Shown here in pieces: positions 29,870-38,446 of a DNA stretch of 64,000 nucleotides. Numbering within the stretch: the first letter of the stretch is position 1; every line of letters starts with the position of its first letter. A program made the translations under genes and the position numbers. The stretch is from positions 4,105-68,104 of the forward strand of contig CACIXF010000002.1 of NCBI GenBank assembly GCA_902590535.1, in the 5' to 3' direction. The DNA is from an uncultured Pelagibacteraceae bacterium (lineage in GTDB: Bacteria > Pseudomonadota > Alphaproteobacteria > Pelagibacterales > Pelagibacteraceae). Under the pieces are notes generated by a model. The model did no database searches. It was given only the letters and a program-made list of their open reading frames with translations, and was not told the origin of the DNA.

Positions 29870-30985
29870 TTATTGTTTTGGAAAGTAATCTTTAAGTTCA
29901 CCCTCTCGGTAAACATCTGCAGTACAACAATGTAAACCTCCACCAAAAGCGTAGGCATCTCTAAGTTCTACTGGTATAACTTCCATTCCTAATTTATCTA
30001 ATTGTTCAGCTTGGTATTTTTCACTTTTTTCCACACATACAGTTTTAGGATCTAAAACTAAAACATTCATTGATAGCCAAGTTGATGAATAGCATAATGG
30101 TGGTGGTTCGTTATGTGCTGGTTGTGCACTGTCTACAATTTCCCAACCATTGTCCTCAAAAAGTCTTCTTTGTTCCTTAGGAAGTCTTCTTTGTGGGTTA
30201 TTGATAATTAAACCTTCTTTAATTGGGGTAAAAGTTGCATCAATATGAATTGGATAAGGATCACCTGGGAAGTTAACTGCATGAACTCTGTGATCTTTAT
30301 AATGTCTCTTTAGCCAATCAATTCCTTTTAAATTTGTTGTAAAACCATGTTGAACAACTAAATCTTTACCGAATCTTAATACGTCCGCTGCATCAAATAG
30401 CGGTTCTTCTTCAGTGGTTACAAAATATTTTTTTTCGGTCCACTCTAATCTTTTTTGAACACCAATTTTATCTGATAAATAATCTTTTCTGTAATCTGCA
30501 TCCGTTAATCTTGGTTTTGGAGCAGACTCGTGTCTCATATTAGGATCTTGATTATAATAATCTTTTAAAAGTGGTCGGTAACATAAATATTCAAACCAAC
30601 GACAACGATAACTCATTGTAGCTTCTAAGATCTCATTACCCACTGTTAACAAAACATCTCTTGGGGGCATGCAGCCAAACATGGTTTCTGCTTCCCAATC
30701 AGGTGTGGAAGTTTTTTGATTAAAATCAATTGGTGTTGGTCGATCAACTTTAATACCTCTTTTTTGAAGCATACTTGAAAAGTTATCTAATAATTCATTT
30801 GCTTTATCTACAGTGTCTTTAGTTCTTGGACCAAACTGACCCCGCATATCACTATCTTCAGGAACTTTTGCATCCAAAGCAGGCTCTGGTGCTGGTATAC
30901 AAGTACCATCCGCTCTTCCAACAATAACATGTTTTAACGGATCCCACTCGTTCCAACTATTAACAATAGTTTTATTCTCGCTCAT
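29870..30985 (-). CDS. Amidinotransferase (glycine amidinotransferase/AGAT-like)
   Basis: SWNEWDPL..VIVGRA, PRD, FDAAD, HIDATF, SMN and GGGLHCCT supply the Asp-His-Cys triad. Confidence 0.88.
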   Translation of the reverse strand: MSENKTIVNSWNEWDPLKHVIVGRADGTCIPAPEPALDAKVPEDSDMRGQFGPRTKDTVDKANELLDNFSSMLQKRGIKVDRPTPIDFNQKTSTPDWEAETMFGCMPPRDVLLTVGNEILEATMSYRCRWFEYLCYRPLLKDYYNQDPNMRHESAPKPRLTDADYRKDYLSDKIGVQKRLEWTEKKYFVTTEEEPLFDAADVLRFGKDLVVQHGFTTNLKGIDWLKRHYKDHRVHAVNFPGDPYPIHIDATFTPIKEGLIINNPQRRLPKEQRRLFEDNGWEIVDSAQPAHNEPPPLCYSSTWLSMNVLVLDPKTVCVEKSEKYQAEQLDKLGMEVIPVELRDAYAFGGGLHCCTADVYREGELKDYFPKQ

Positions 30986-30990
30986 AAAGA

Positions 30991-32208
30991 TTAGTTTTTT
31001 ATAATATTATGCTCCGGACCAAAAGGAAATTTTGTAATATTCTCTGCTCCATCTTTACCAATCACCAAAATATCGTGTTCTCTATATCCACCTGCGCCAG
31101 GATTACCCTCTGGGATCATTATCATTGGCTCCATCGATACGACCATATTTTCTTCAAGAACAGTATCAATATCTTCTCTTAATTCTAAACCAACTTCTCT
31201 TCCATAAAAGTGAGAAAGCATACCAAATGAATGTCCGTAACCAAACGTTCGATACTGTAGATAACCAATTTCAGCGAAAAGTTCGTTAAGCTCATGACAA
31301 ATATCAGAACACTTTACGCCTGGTTTAATTAATTCTAATCCACGTTTGTGAACTTTAACATTTGCCTCCCAAGCTTTAAGAGAAGCATCATCAGCATGAT
31401 CTAAAAATAAAGTTCGCTCTAGTGCAGTGTAGTATCCTGAGATCATAGGAAAAGTATTTAAAGATAAAATATCTCCTTTAACTAATTTTCTATTAGTCTT
31501 TGGATTGTGAGCTCCATCAGTATTAATACCAGATTGAAACCATACCCAAGTATCCATGTACTCTGCACCTGGATAACTTTTAACAATCTCCCTTTCCATT
31601 CTATCTCTTGCAGCTATTGCTACTTCGATCTCCGTATTATTTTCTCTAATATTTTTAACTATTTCTTCACCACCAATGTCTGCAATTCTTGCACCATTTC
31701 TAATGATCTCAATTTCTTCGTTCGATTTAATCATTCTAAGTTTCATTAGATCTTTTGAAACATCACTAAACACAGAAAAAGTAAAAATAGACCCTATTTT
31801 TTCTCGTATATCTAACGTGACATGATCATTTTCAATTCCAATATTTTTTGGAGGCTCGTCTCTTCCAATAATTGAAACAATGGCTCTTAAAAAATTATCT
31901 CTCTTCCAATCAGTATAAATAACATTATCACAATGGGATCTACGCCATGGTTGACTTGCATCAATGTTAGCTGAAATTGTTGAGATTTTATTTTGAGTGA
32001 TCACACATCCGTATGGTCTTCCAAAAGAACAATAAATAAATCCGGTGTAGTATGCAACATTATGCATTGAGGTTAAGATAACCATATCAAGACCATTTTG
32101 GTCCATCACTGATCTAAGTTTACTTACTCGATCGTTATATTCTATGTCAGTAAATGGTAATTTTACTTTTTCACCGTTTTTAAGTTCAAAAAAATCTGGT
32201 CGTTCCAT
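30991..32208 (-). CDS. Creatinase (creatine amidinohydrolase, M24 fold)
   Basis: YCSFGRPY, WFQSGINTDGAHNP, GYGHSFG, GLELREDI, SMEPM and GAGGYREHD match the Pseudomonas-type creatinase. Confidence 0.9.
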   Translation of the reverse strand: MERPDFFELKNGEKVKLPFTDIEYNDRVSKLRSVMDQNGLDMVILTSMHNVAYYTGFIYCSFGRPYGCVITQNKISTISANIDASQPWRRSHCDNVIYTDWKRDNFLRAIVSIIGRDEPPKNIGIENDHVTLDIREKIGSIFTFSVFSDVSKDLMKLRMIKSNEEIEIIRNGARIADIGGEEIVKNIRENNTEIEVAIAARDRMEREIVKSYPGAEYMDTWVWFQSGINTDGAHNPKTNRKLVKGDILSLNTFPMISGYYTALERTLFLDHADDASLKAWEANVKVHKRGLELIKPGVKCSDICHELNELFAEIGYLQYRTFGYGHSFGMLSHFYGREVGLELREDIDTVLEENMVVSMEPMIMIPEGNPGAGGYREHDILVIGKDGAENITKFPFGPEHNIIKN

Positions 32209-32209
32209 A

Positions 32210-33115
32210 TTAATTTAATGCTATGTATCTTTTGTTCCATCGCATTATTAAACTGTAATAAAATATAGATACAAACAGAAAAAAACCACCGATTATAGTA
32301 TTTGTGGATGGTACTTCGTTAATGCCAAATAATGGCAACCAGACCCAAAAAATTCCACCAACAACTTCAGTTAAAGATAATAAAGTCAATTCTGCTGCTG
32401 GTATCGCTTTAGATCCAATTGAATATAAAATTAAACCAAAACAAACTAATGTCCCGTGCAAAGAAAACAAAGCTCCATTATAGCTAGATGAAAAGAAAAC
32501 TAAGTTGTTTGATAAAATCATAATTGTTGCAAACACAAAACAAAAGAAACCTGCAAAAGCTACAGTTGTGAATTTTGGTGTTTCTTTTCTCCATCTTAGA
32601 GTTACAGAAAAAACTGAGAAACCAGTTGAAGAAGTTAAACCAAACACGAAACCAATTAATGATTTTTCACCAGTATTTCCAAGTGCCATAATAATGATAC
32701 CAACTGTTGCAATTATTATTGATATCCAAACATTGAGAGAAATTTTTTCTCTTAAAAATAAAAATGCCAATAATGCTGTAAAAAAAGGCATTGCTGCTAA
32801 ACAAAGCAAAGTAATTGCAGCACTAGTATTTGTAATTGAATAAATAAATGTAATCATAGCGATCCCCAACCCAGATCCACCGATTACTCCAGATAAACCT
32901 ATTTTATAATAGTTTTTGTAAAAATTTTTTCCTTCCTCGAAAAATAAATAAAGATTTAATAGGATGAAAATTGTTAAACCTCTGCCAAAAATGTACTGCC
33001 AAGGTGCCAATTGCGGATTATCCATGTATCGAACCACTAATGGACCAAACGACCACAACAGACCGGCAAAAAGTACAACGGGAATGGCTATTCTTGGATT
33101 TCTTAACTCTAACAT
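32210..33115 (-). CDS. DMT/EamA family transporter
   Basis: About 10 TM helices, FLREK, LLSLTEVVGG.FWVW; first gene of the creatinase operon. Confidence 0.85.
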   Translation of the reverse strand: MLELRNPRIAIPVVLFAGLLWSFGPLVVRYMDNPQLAPWQYIFGRGLTIFILLNLYLFFEEGKNFYKNYYKIGLSGVIGGSGLGIAMITFIYSITNTSAAITLLCLAAMPFFTALLAFLFLREKISLNVWISIIIATVGIIIMALGNTGEKSLIGFVFGLTSSTGFSVFSVTLRWRKETPKFTTVAFAGFFCFVFATIMILSNNLVFFSSSYNGALFSLHGTLVCFGLILYSIGSKAIPAAELTLLSLTEVVGGIFWVWLPLFGINEVPSTNTIIGGFFLFVSIFYYSLIMRWNKRYIALN

Positions 33116-33164
33116 AATGAGAAATCTAATTGTAAATAGAATTTTCTACAACAAAAATACGTTT

Positions 33165-34409
33165 CTAAACTAAATTTTGATTTGAAAGGTTGGGGAAAAA
33201 GCAATCAACGATATCTCCCTTTTTAAATTTTGATTTACCCGCTGGTAACAAAACCCAAATATTTGATTTTACAAATGATTTAATTCTAAAAGACTCTTGA
33301 CCTTTTAAAATTTCAACATTTAGTTTTCCATTTTTAGTTGTGCTTAATTGGCTCTTTACAAATCTTGTGAAATTCTTTTTTTTATCAAAACCATTAGTCA
33401 AAATAGCTTTAATTGATTTTTCTTCTGATAATCCTAAGGCATTTAAAATATATGGAATTACAAAAAATCTAAAACATGCAGCTGAAGAAATTGGATTTCC
33501 AGGGAGCCCGAATATTGCCTTTTCTTTCCCTTTAATTTTTGCAAACATTATTGGTTTTCCTGGCCTTATTGCAGCACTTTTAAAGTAGCTTGATAACTTA
33601 AATTTTTTAACAACATCAGGTATAAAATCAAACTTACCTGCAGACACTGCACCTGACGTAATAATAATATCATCTTTAGATTTAATTAATTTATTTATTT
33701 TTTGTTTAAAAATATTTTGATGATTGTCTCTTAATATACTGCCACTTTTAAAATTAAATAAAAAATTTTGATTTAAGTTTTTTATATAGTGTGTGTTAGA
33801 ATTTCTTACCATCCAATTTGGAATATTGTCATTGTTTGATATTTCGTTTCCAGTTGAAAAAAATAATATATTAATCTTTTTTTTTACTTTAATTTGTTTA
33901 ATACCTAAACTTTTAAAAGCTAAAATATGATTTGGTTGAACAATTGTATTTTTTTTTATTACAACCTCTTCTTTTCTATAATCTGAACCTGCAAACCTAA
34001 CATGATTAAATTTTTTTATTTTCTGGTCGATTAAAATATAATTTTTATTAGGCGCAAAAATTATTTGTTCTATAGGAATAATTGTATCAAAACCCTTTGG
34101 AATAATTCCTCCAGTCATTATTTCTACAGTATCAAATTTTTTTATCTTTTTTTTAAATGGTTTCATTCCTGCAGCAATTGAACCAATAATTTTAAATTTT
34201 TTTGGGAATTTTTTTTTTAATCCATTAGTATCTTTTGAATTAATTGCGTAACCATCAAATGCAGCATTATTCCCTGCTGGATAATTTATTTTAGAGTAAA
34301 TGTTGTTGGAAACTACTCTATTTAAGGAATTAATGCTCTTTATGGTTTCGTTTTTAATTTTTATTTTGGCTTTTTTTAAAATTGTTTTTGATTTTTCGTA
34401 ACTAATCAT
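33165..34409 (-). CDS. moeA: Molybdopterin molybdenumtransferase
   Basis: AAFDGYA, IMTG, STGNEI, SGAVSAGKFD, RPGKP, GLPGNP. Confidence 0.93.
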   Translation of the reverse strand: MISYEKSKTILKKAKIKIKNETIKSINSLNRVVSNNIYSKINYPAGNNAAFDGYAINSKDTNGLKKKFPKKFKIIGSIAAGMKPFKKKIKKFDTVEIMTGGIIPKGFDTIIPIEQIIFAPNKNYILIDQKIKKFNHVRFAGSDYRKEEVVIKKNTIVQPNHILAFKSLGIKQIKVKKKINILFFSTGNEISNNDNIPNWMVRNSNTHYIKNLNQNFLFNFKSGSILRDNHQNIFKQKINKLIKSKDDIIITSGAVSAGKFDFIPDVVKKFKLSSYFKSAAIRPGKPIMFAKIKGKEKAIFGLPGNPISSAACFRFFVIPYILNALGLSEEKSIKAILTNGFDKKKNFTRFVKSQLSTTKNGKLNVEILKGQESFRIKSFVKSNIWVLLPAGKSKFKKGDIVDCFFPNLSNQNLV

Positions 34410-35010
34410 TTTTGAATATTTCTTCAGCTTTTTTTAAATCTTCTTTTGTATTTATATTAAAGAAAGGATCATTATTTGAAAACTCCATATTAATTATTTT
34501 TACCCCAGTATTATTAGCCCACAACTCTACTTTTCTTTCTCCATTTTTTAGATCCTTCTCTAACTTATCTAATAAATTAATCGACCATAAGCCAAATATA
34601 TTATGTCGTGTGTTGTTTGACTTAATGAAAAATAAATCGCTTTCATTGAAATTAATATTTTGAATAAAATCTTTTAGTATTTGTCTCTTAAAAAAAGGTG
34701 TATCAACAGGGAAAGTTGCTATCCATTTGTAGTCTTTTTGGTTTTCTTTTATCCATTTCATAGCTGATAAAACTCCTCCTAACGGACCAAGACCTTTTTC
34801 ATAATCTTCGATTATTGAAATTTTTTCTGAGTTATGAAAAATAATTTTATTATTTGATACTATTAAGAGTTCTTTGAATTCATCAATAATTTCAGTCAAC
34901 ATGTGATCAATTAACAATTTACCAGATAACTTTACTTGGGATTTATCTTCTCCAAACCTTTGTGACTTACCGCCTGCTAGCACAGTGCCTAAAATATTGT
35001 TATGATCCAT
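34402..35010 (-). CDS. mobA: Molybdenum cofactor guanylyltransferase
   Basis: LAGGKSQRFG.DK, GPLGGV, PVDTPF, FFNINT.EDL. Confidence 0.93.
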   Translation of the reverse strand: MDHNNILGTVLAGGKSQRFGEDKSQVKLSGKLLIDHMLTEIIDEFKELLIVSNNKIIFHNSEKISIIEDYEKGLGPLGGVLSAMKWIKENQKDYKWIATFPVDTPFFKRQILKDFIQNINFNESDLFFIKSNNTRHNIFGLWSINLLDKLEKDLKNGERKVELWANNTGVKIINMEFSNNDPFFNINTKEDLKKAEEIFKND

Positions 35011-35052
35011 CTATAAAATATAAAACATTAAAAGTTGAATTAAAGAAATTAA

Positions 35053-35451
35053 ATGGATTTAAGAATTTTAGAAATAGCAGCCCATACTGAAAATAATAAA
35101 GTTGTTGAAAACTATACTCATAAGTCAAAACACAAAAATCCATTATGTGGTGATGAGATGGAAATAAGCTTAATTGTCAAAGAAGATGTTGTAAAGGATA
35201 TGGGATATCAATGTAAATCGTGTGTTTATTGTCAGGCATCAGTCAGTCTATTATCTAGAAAAATTAAGGAAAAAAAAGTTGATGATGTTAAAAAATTTAT
35301 AAAAGTTGGTGAGCAACTTTTTGAGGACGCAAAAGTAAGTATGGAAAAACATTGGAAAGATTTTAAAGAAATTTTAGATAAAAAAAATCTTTCAAGGAAA
35401 GAATGTTTGCTTTTACCTTTAAGAACTATTGCCAAAGCATTAAAAATATAA
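35053..35451 (+). CDS. NifU/SufU-like Fe-S scaffold or sulfur-transfer protein
   Basis: NPLCGD, CKSCVYCQAS, RKECLLLP; no LPPVK motif. Confidence 0.75.
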   Translation: MDLRILEIAAHTENNKVVENYTHKSKHKNPLCGDEMEISLIVKEDVVKDMGYQCKSCVYCQASVSLLSRKIKEKKVDDVKKFIKVGEQLFEDAKVSMEKHWKDFKEILDKKNLSRKECLLLPLRTIAKALKI

Positions 35452-35928
35452 ATGATCAAAATTACAAAAACATTATTGCAAAAAGCATTAATTGCAGGTT
35501 TTTTTTCAGCATTTACAATTGGTGTGCTAACAGTCCTTACTTATAAAAGTACATTGGGATATTTTATTGCTGCCTCATTCGGTTCCTCAATGGTTTTACT
35601 ATTTGGTTTTCCTGAAAGCCCATTTGCACAACCAAAGAATGTTTTTTTTGGACATTTGGTAACCGCTTTAGTAGGAGTAATTTTTGTAAACTTTATTCCA
35701 CTTCCTATTTATATCAGTATTGCAATCGCTGTTGGAGCTGGAGTTTTTTTAATGATTTTATTTAATATTGTTCACCCGCCTGCTGGTGGAAATCCAATTA
35801 TAGTTATTATTGGAAGTGCCTCTTATGATTATTTAATTAATCCAATAACTTTTGGCTGTATAATTATATTGTTATTAGCAATTATAATTAACAAATATTT
35901 ATTAAAAAAAAACTATCCATTAAAATAA
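35452..35928 (+). CDS. HPP family membrane protein
   Basis: SFGSSMVLLFG.PESPFAQP.N, HPPAG. Confidence 0.9.
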   Translation: MIKITKTLLQKALIAGFFSAFTIGVLTVLTYKSTLGYFIAASFGSSMVLLFGFPESPFAQPKNVFFGHLVTALVGVIFVNFIPLPIYISIAIAVGAGVFLMILFNIVHPPAGGNPIIVIIGSASYDYLINPITFGCIIILLLAIIINKYLLKKNYPLK

Positions 35929-35932
35929 TTTA

Positions 35933-36772
35933 ATGAATTCTAAATACAAAGTTTTAAAATATTCATCTAATAAGTTTGATAATATAGATGATTTAATTTC
36001 AATTGAAGAACCATTGGAGATTTCATTAAAGTTTAAGGAATCTGGTAAATGGATAAATCAAAGTTTATCTATAACAATGAGAACTCCTGGCAATGATGAG
36101 GATCTTGTTAGAGGATTTTTATATAACGAACAAATTATAATAAATATTAGTGATATTGATTCAATAGAAAGTTATGGAGATAAAGTTGGTCAATACAATA
36201 TTCAAAATAAAATATTAGCAACTTTAAATAATTCTAAAAATATAAATATTTCAAAAATAAAAAGAGACTTTTTAACTAATTCCTCATGTGGTGTATGTGG
36301 AAAATCTTCACTTGATGCTCTAGAAATAATTAAAAAAAATAAAATAAATCCATCAGAACCCAAAATCAAAAAAGAGGTAATTGTTAAATCACCAGATATA
36401 TTAAGAGAAGGCCAATCAGAGTTCAGTAAAACAGGTGGAATTCATGCAAGTGGTCTTTTTAATAGTAATGGAGAATTAGTTGCTGTCAGAGAGGATGTGG
36501 GAAGACATAATGCTCTTGATAAACTTATTGGTTGTGCATTGAAGAACAATCAAATTGATCCAAAAACCCAATTTATAACATGCTCAGGCAGACTTAATTT
36601 TGAATTGGTTCAAAAGGTCTTGATGACGGATATAGGTATAATGATAGGTGTTGGTGCGCCAACTAGTCTAGCTATCGATTTAGCGAATAAATTTGACATT
36701 ACCCTTGTTGGTTTCGTAAAGAGAGACAGTTTTAATATTTACACAAATAACAAAAAAGTTATTGTGGGCTAA
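35933..36772 (+). CDS. fdhD: Formate dehydrogenase accessory sulfurtransferase
   Basis: EEPLEI, TMRTPG, SSCGVCG, TGGIHA, REDVGRHNALDK. Confidence 0.95.
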   Translation: MNSKYKVLKYSSNKFDNIDDLISIEEPLEISLKFKESGKWINQSLSITMRTPGNDEDLVRGFLYNEQIIINISDIDSIESYGDKVGQYNIQNKILATLNNSKNINISKIKRDFLTNSSCGVCGKSSLDALEIIKKNKINPSEPKIKKEVIVKSPDILREGQSEFSKTGGIHASGLFNSNGELVAVREDVGRHNALDKLIGCALKNNQIDPKTQFITCSGRLNFELVQKVLMTDIGIMIGVGAPTSLAIDLANKFDITLVGFVKRDSFNIYTNNKKVIVG

Positions 36773-36790
36773 ATTAAGAAAAGGGTATTT

Positions 36791-38446
36791 GTGTCAAAAA
36801 ATATAAGTAATTTATCAGGCAGAATAGGCTTAAAAGATAACCTATTTAGGCAAATCTCAGAAAATACCTTAAGCGATAATCCACAAGATATTAAAGAAAT
36901 TGCCAAAAAACATAACCTAGGCGTTTCAACTCTTCATGGTGCAGAATCATTTTATGAATTTTTGAGACCTTCTCATAGAGAAAAGAAAGCTTTTGTTTGT
37001 AACGGTAGTGCATGCATGTGTGCAGGCACTCAAGACAAATTAAAAGATAAACTAAAAGAAAAACTGGGTGATGACAAAGTTGGAGAAATGTTCTGCTTAG
37101 GTCATTGTTATGAAAACCATGCATTTCATTATGATGGAGAAAATTATGCTGGCAAAGATATAGAAAAAATTGACCAAATAATTAAAGGTGAAGAAATTAA
37201 ACAAGATAAGTTTTTCTCTAAAAGTTATGCAACAACAAGTTTTTTAATGGATGACAAGTTATCTTCAACAGATCAATTCAAAGAGCAATTAAGTAAATTT
37301 TTAAAAACAGATAAAAAAGAAATAGTAAAATCATTATTAGACTCAAATTTAACAGGAAGAGGCGGTGCTGGTTTTCCAACAGGAATGAAATGGGATTTTT
37401 GTAGTAAAGCAAAAGGAGATAAAAAATATGTTATCTGTAATGCAGATGAGGGTGACTCTGGTGCTTTCTCAGATAGATATTTATTAGAGGATCAACCTTT
37501 AAAAGTTATTTTTGGAATGGTAATTTGTGGTTATGTGATAGGAAGCAATGAAGGAGTTTTATACATTAGAGGTGAATATCCTAAATCTATTGAAGCAATT
37601 AATGGCTGCATCAATGAACTTAAAAAATTAAATTTACTAGGTGAAAATATTTTAGGAACCGATTTTTCTTTTGATCTTGGAATTTGTATTGGTCAAGGTG
37701 CTTATATTTGTGGAGAAGAAACAGCTTTGATTGCATCTATTGAAGGAAGAAGAGCTGAGGTAGATGTAAGACCTCCCTTCCCTGTTACCGAAGGGTTATA
37801 TAAAAAACCAACTGTGGTTAATAATGTTGAAACATTGGCTGCTGCAACTGGAATTTTATTAAATGGACCAGAAAAATTTTCTTCAGTTGGAAATAAAAAA
37901 TCAGCTGGAACAAAATTAGTTTGCTTGGATAGTTTCTTTAACAACCCAGGTGTTTATGAAATTGATATGGGTACACCAATGAAAAAAATATTTAATGAAA
38001 TTGGTGGTGGATATAAAGAGCCTGTTAAAGCTTTTCAAATAGGAGGTCCATTAGGCGGAGTTGTTCCTTTAAGTGAAATAGAAAATTTAAATTTAGATTT
38101 TCAAGAATTTACAGCAAAAGGTTTTATGTTAGGTCACGCAAGTGTAGTTAGTATTCCAAAAGATTTTCCAATGGCTGAATACATTCATCACTTGTTTGAA
38201 TTCTCAGCAGAAGAATCATGCGGGAAATGTTTCCCAGGAAGACTCGGATCTTACAGAGGTAAGGAAATGTTTGACCAAGCTAAGAAGAAAACAGCTAAAA
38301 TTCCGTTAAAATTACTAGAAGAATTGTTGGTTACCATGCAAAAAGGATGCCTATGTGCTCTTTGCGGAGCAATCCCAACTCCAATTCAGAACATCCTAAA
38401 ATACTTTGGTGATGAAATGAAAAATGATATGGTGAAAGATAATTAA
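36791..38446 (+). CDS. fdsB: NAD-dependent FDH beta subunit (NuoF-like) with fused N-terminal NuoE/FdsG-like 2Fe-2S domain; GTG start
   Basis: CNGSAC...CLGHC; GRGGAGFP, CNADEGD, GAYICGEET, ESCGKC, CLCALC. Confidence 0.85.
   Translation: MSKNISNLSGRIGLKDNLFRQISENTLSDNPQDIKEIAKKHNLGVSTLHGAESFYEFLRPSHREKKAFVCNGSACMCAGTQDKLKDKLKEKLGDDKVGEMFCLGHCYENHAFHYDGENYAGKDIEKIDQIIKGEEIKQDKFFSKSYATTSFLMDDKLSSTDQFKEQLSKFLKTDKKEIVKSLLDSNLTGRGGAGFPTGMKWDFCSKAKGDKKYVICNADEGDSGAFSDRYLLEDQPLKVIFGMVICGYVIGSNEGVLYIRGEYPKSIEAINGCINELKKLNLLGENILGTDFSFDLGICIGQGAYICGEETALIASIEGRRAEVDVRPPFPVTEGLYKKPTVVNNVETLAAATGILLNGPEKFSSVGNKKSAGTKLVCLDSFFNNPGVYEIDMGTPMKKIFNEIGGGYKEPVKAFQIGGPLGGVVPLSEIENLNLDFQEFTAKGFMLGHASVVSIPKDFPMAEYIHHLFEFSAEESCGKCFPGRLGSYRGKEMFDQAKKKTAKIPLKLLEELLVTMQKGCLCALCGAIPTPIQNILKYFGDEMKNDMVKDN

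Noticed and set aside
29870-30985. Toxin or antibiotic biosynthetic amidinotransferase (CyrA/SxtG/StrB type)
   Set aside because: No PKS, NRPS or aminoglycoside genes are nearby; the context is creatinase and threonine aldolase.
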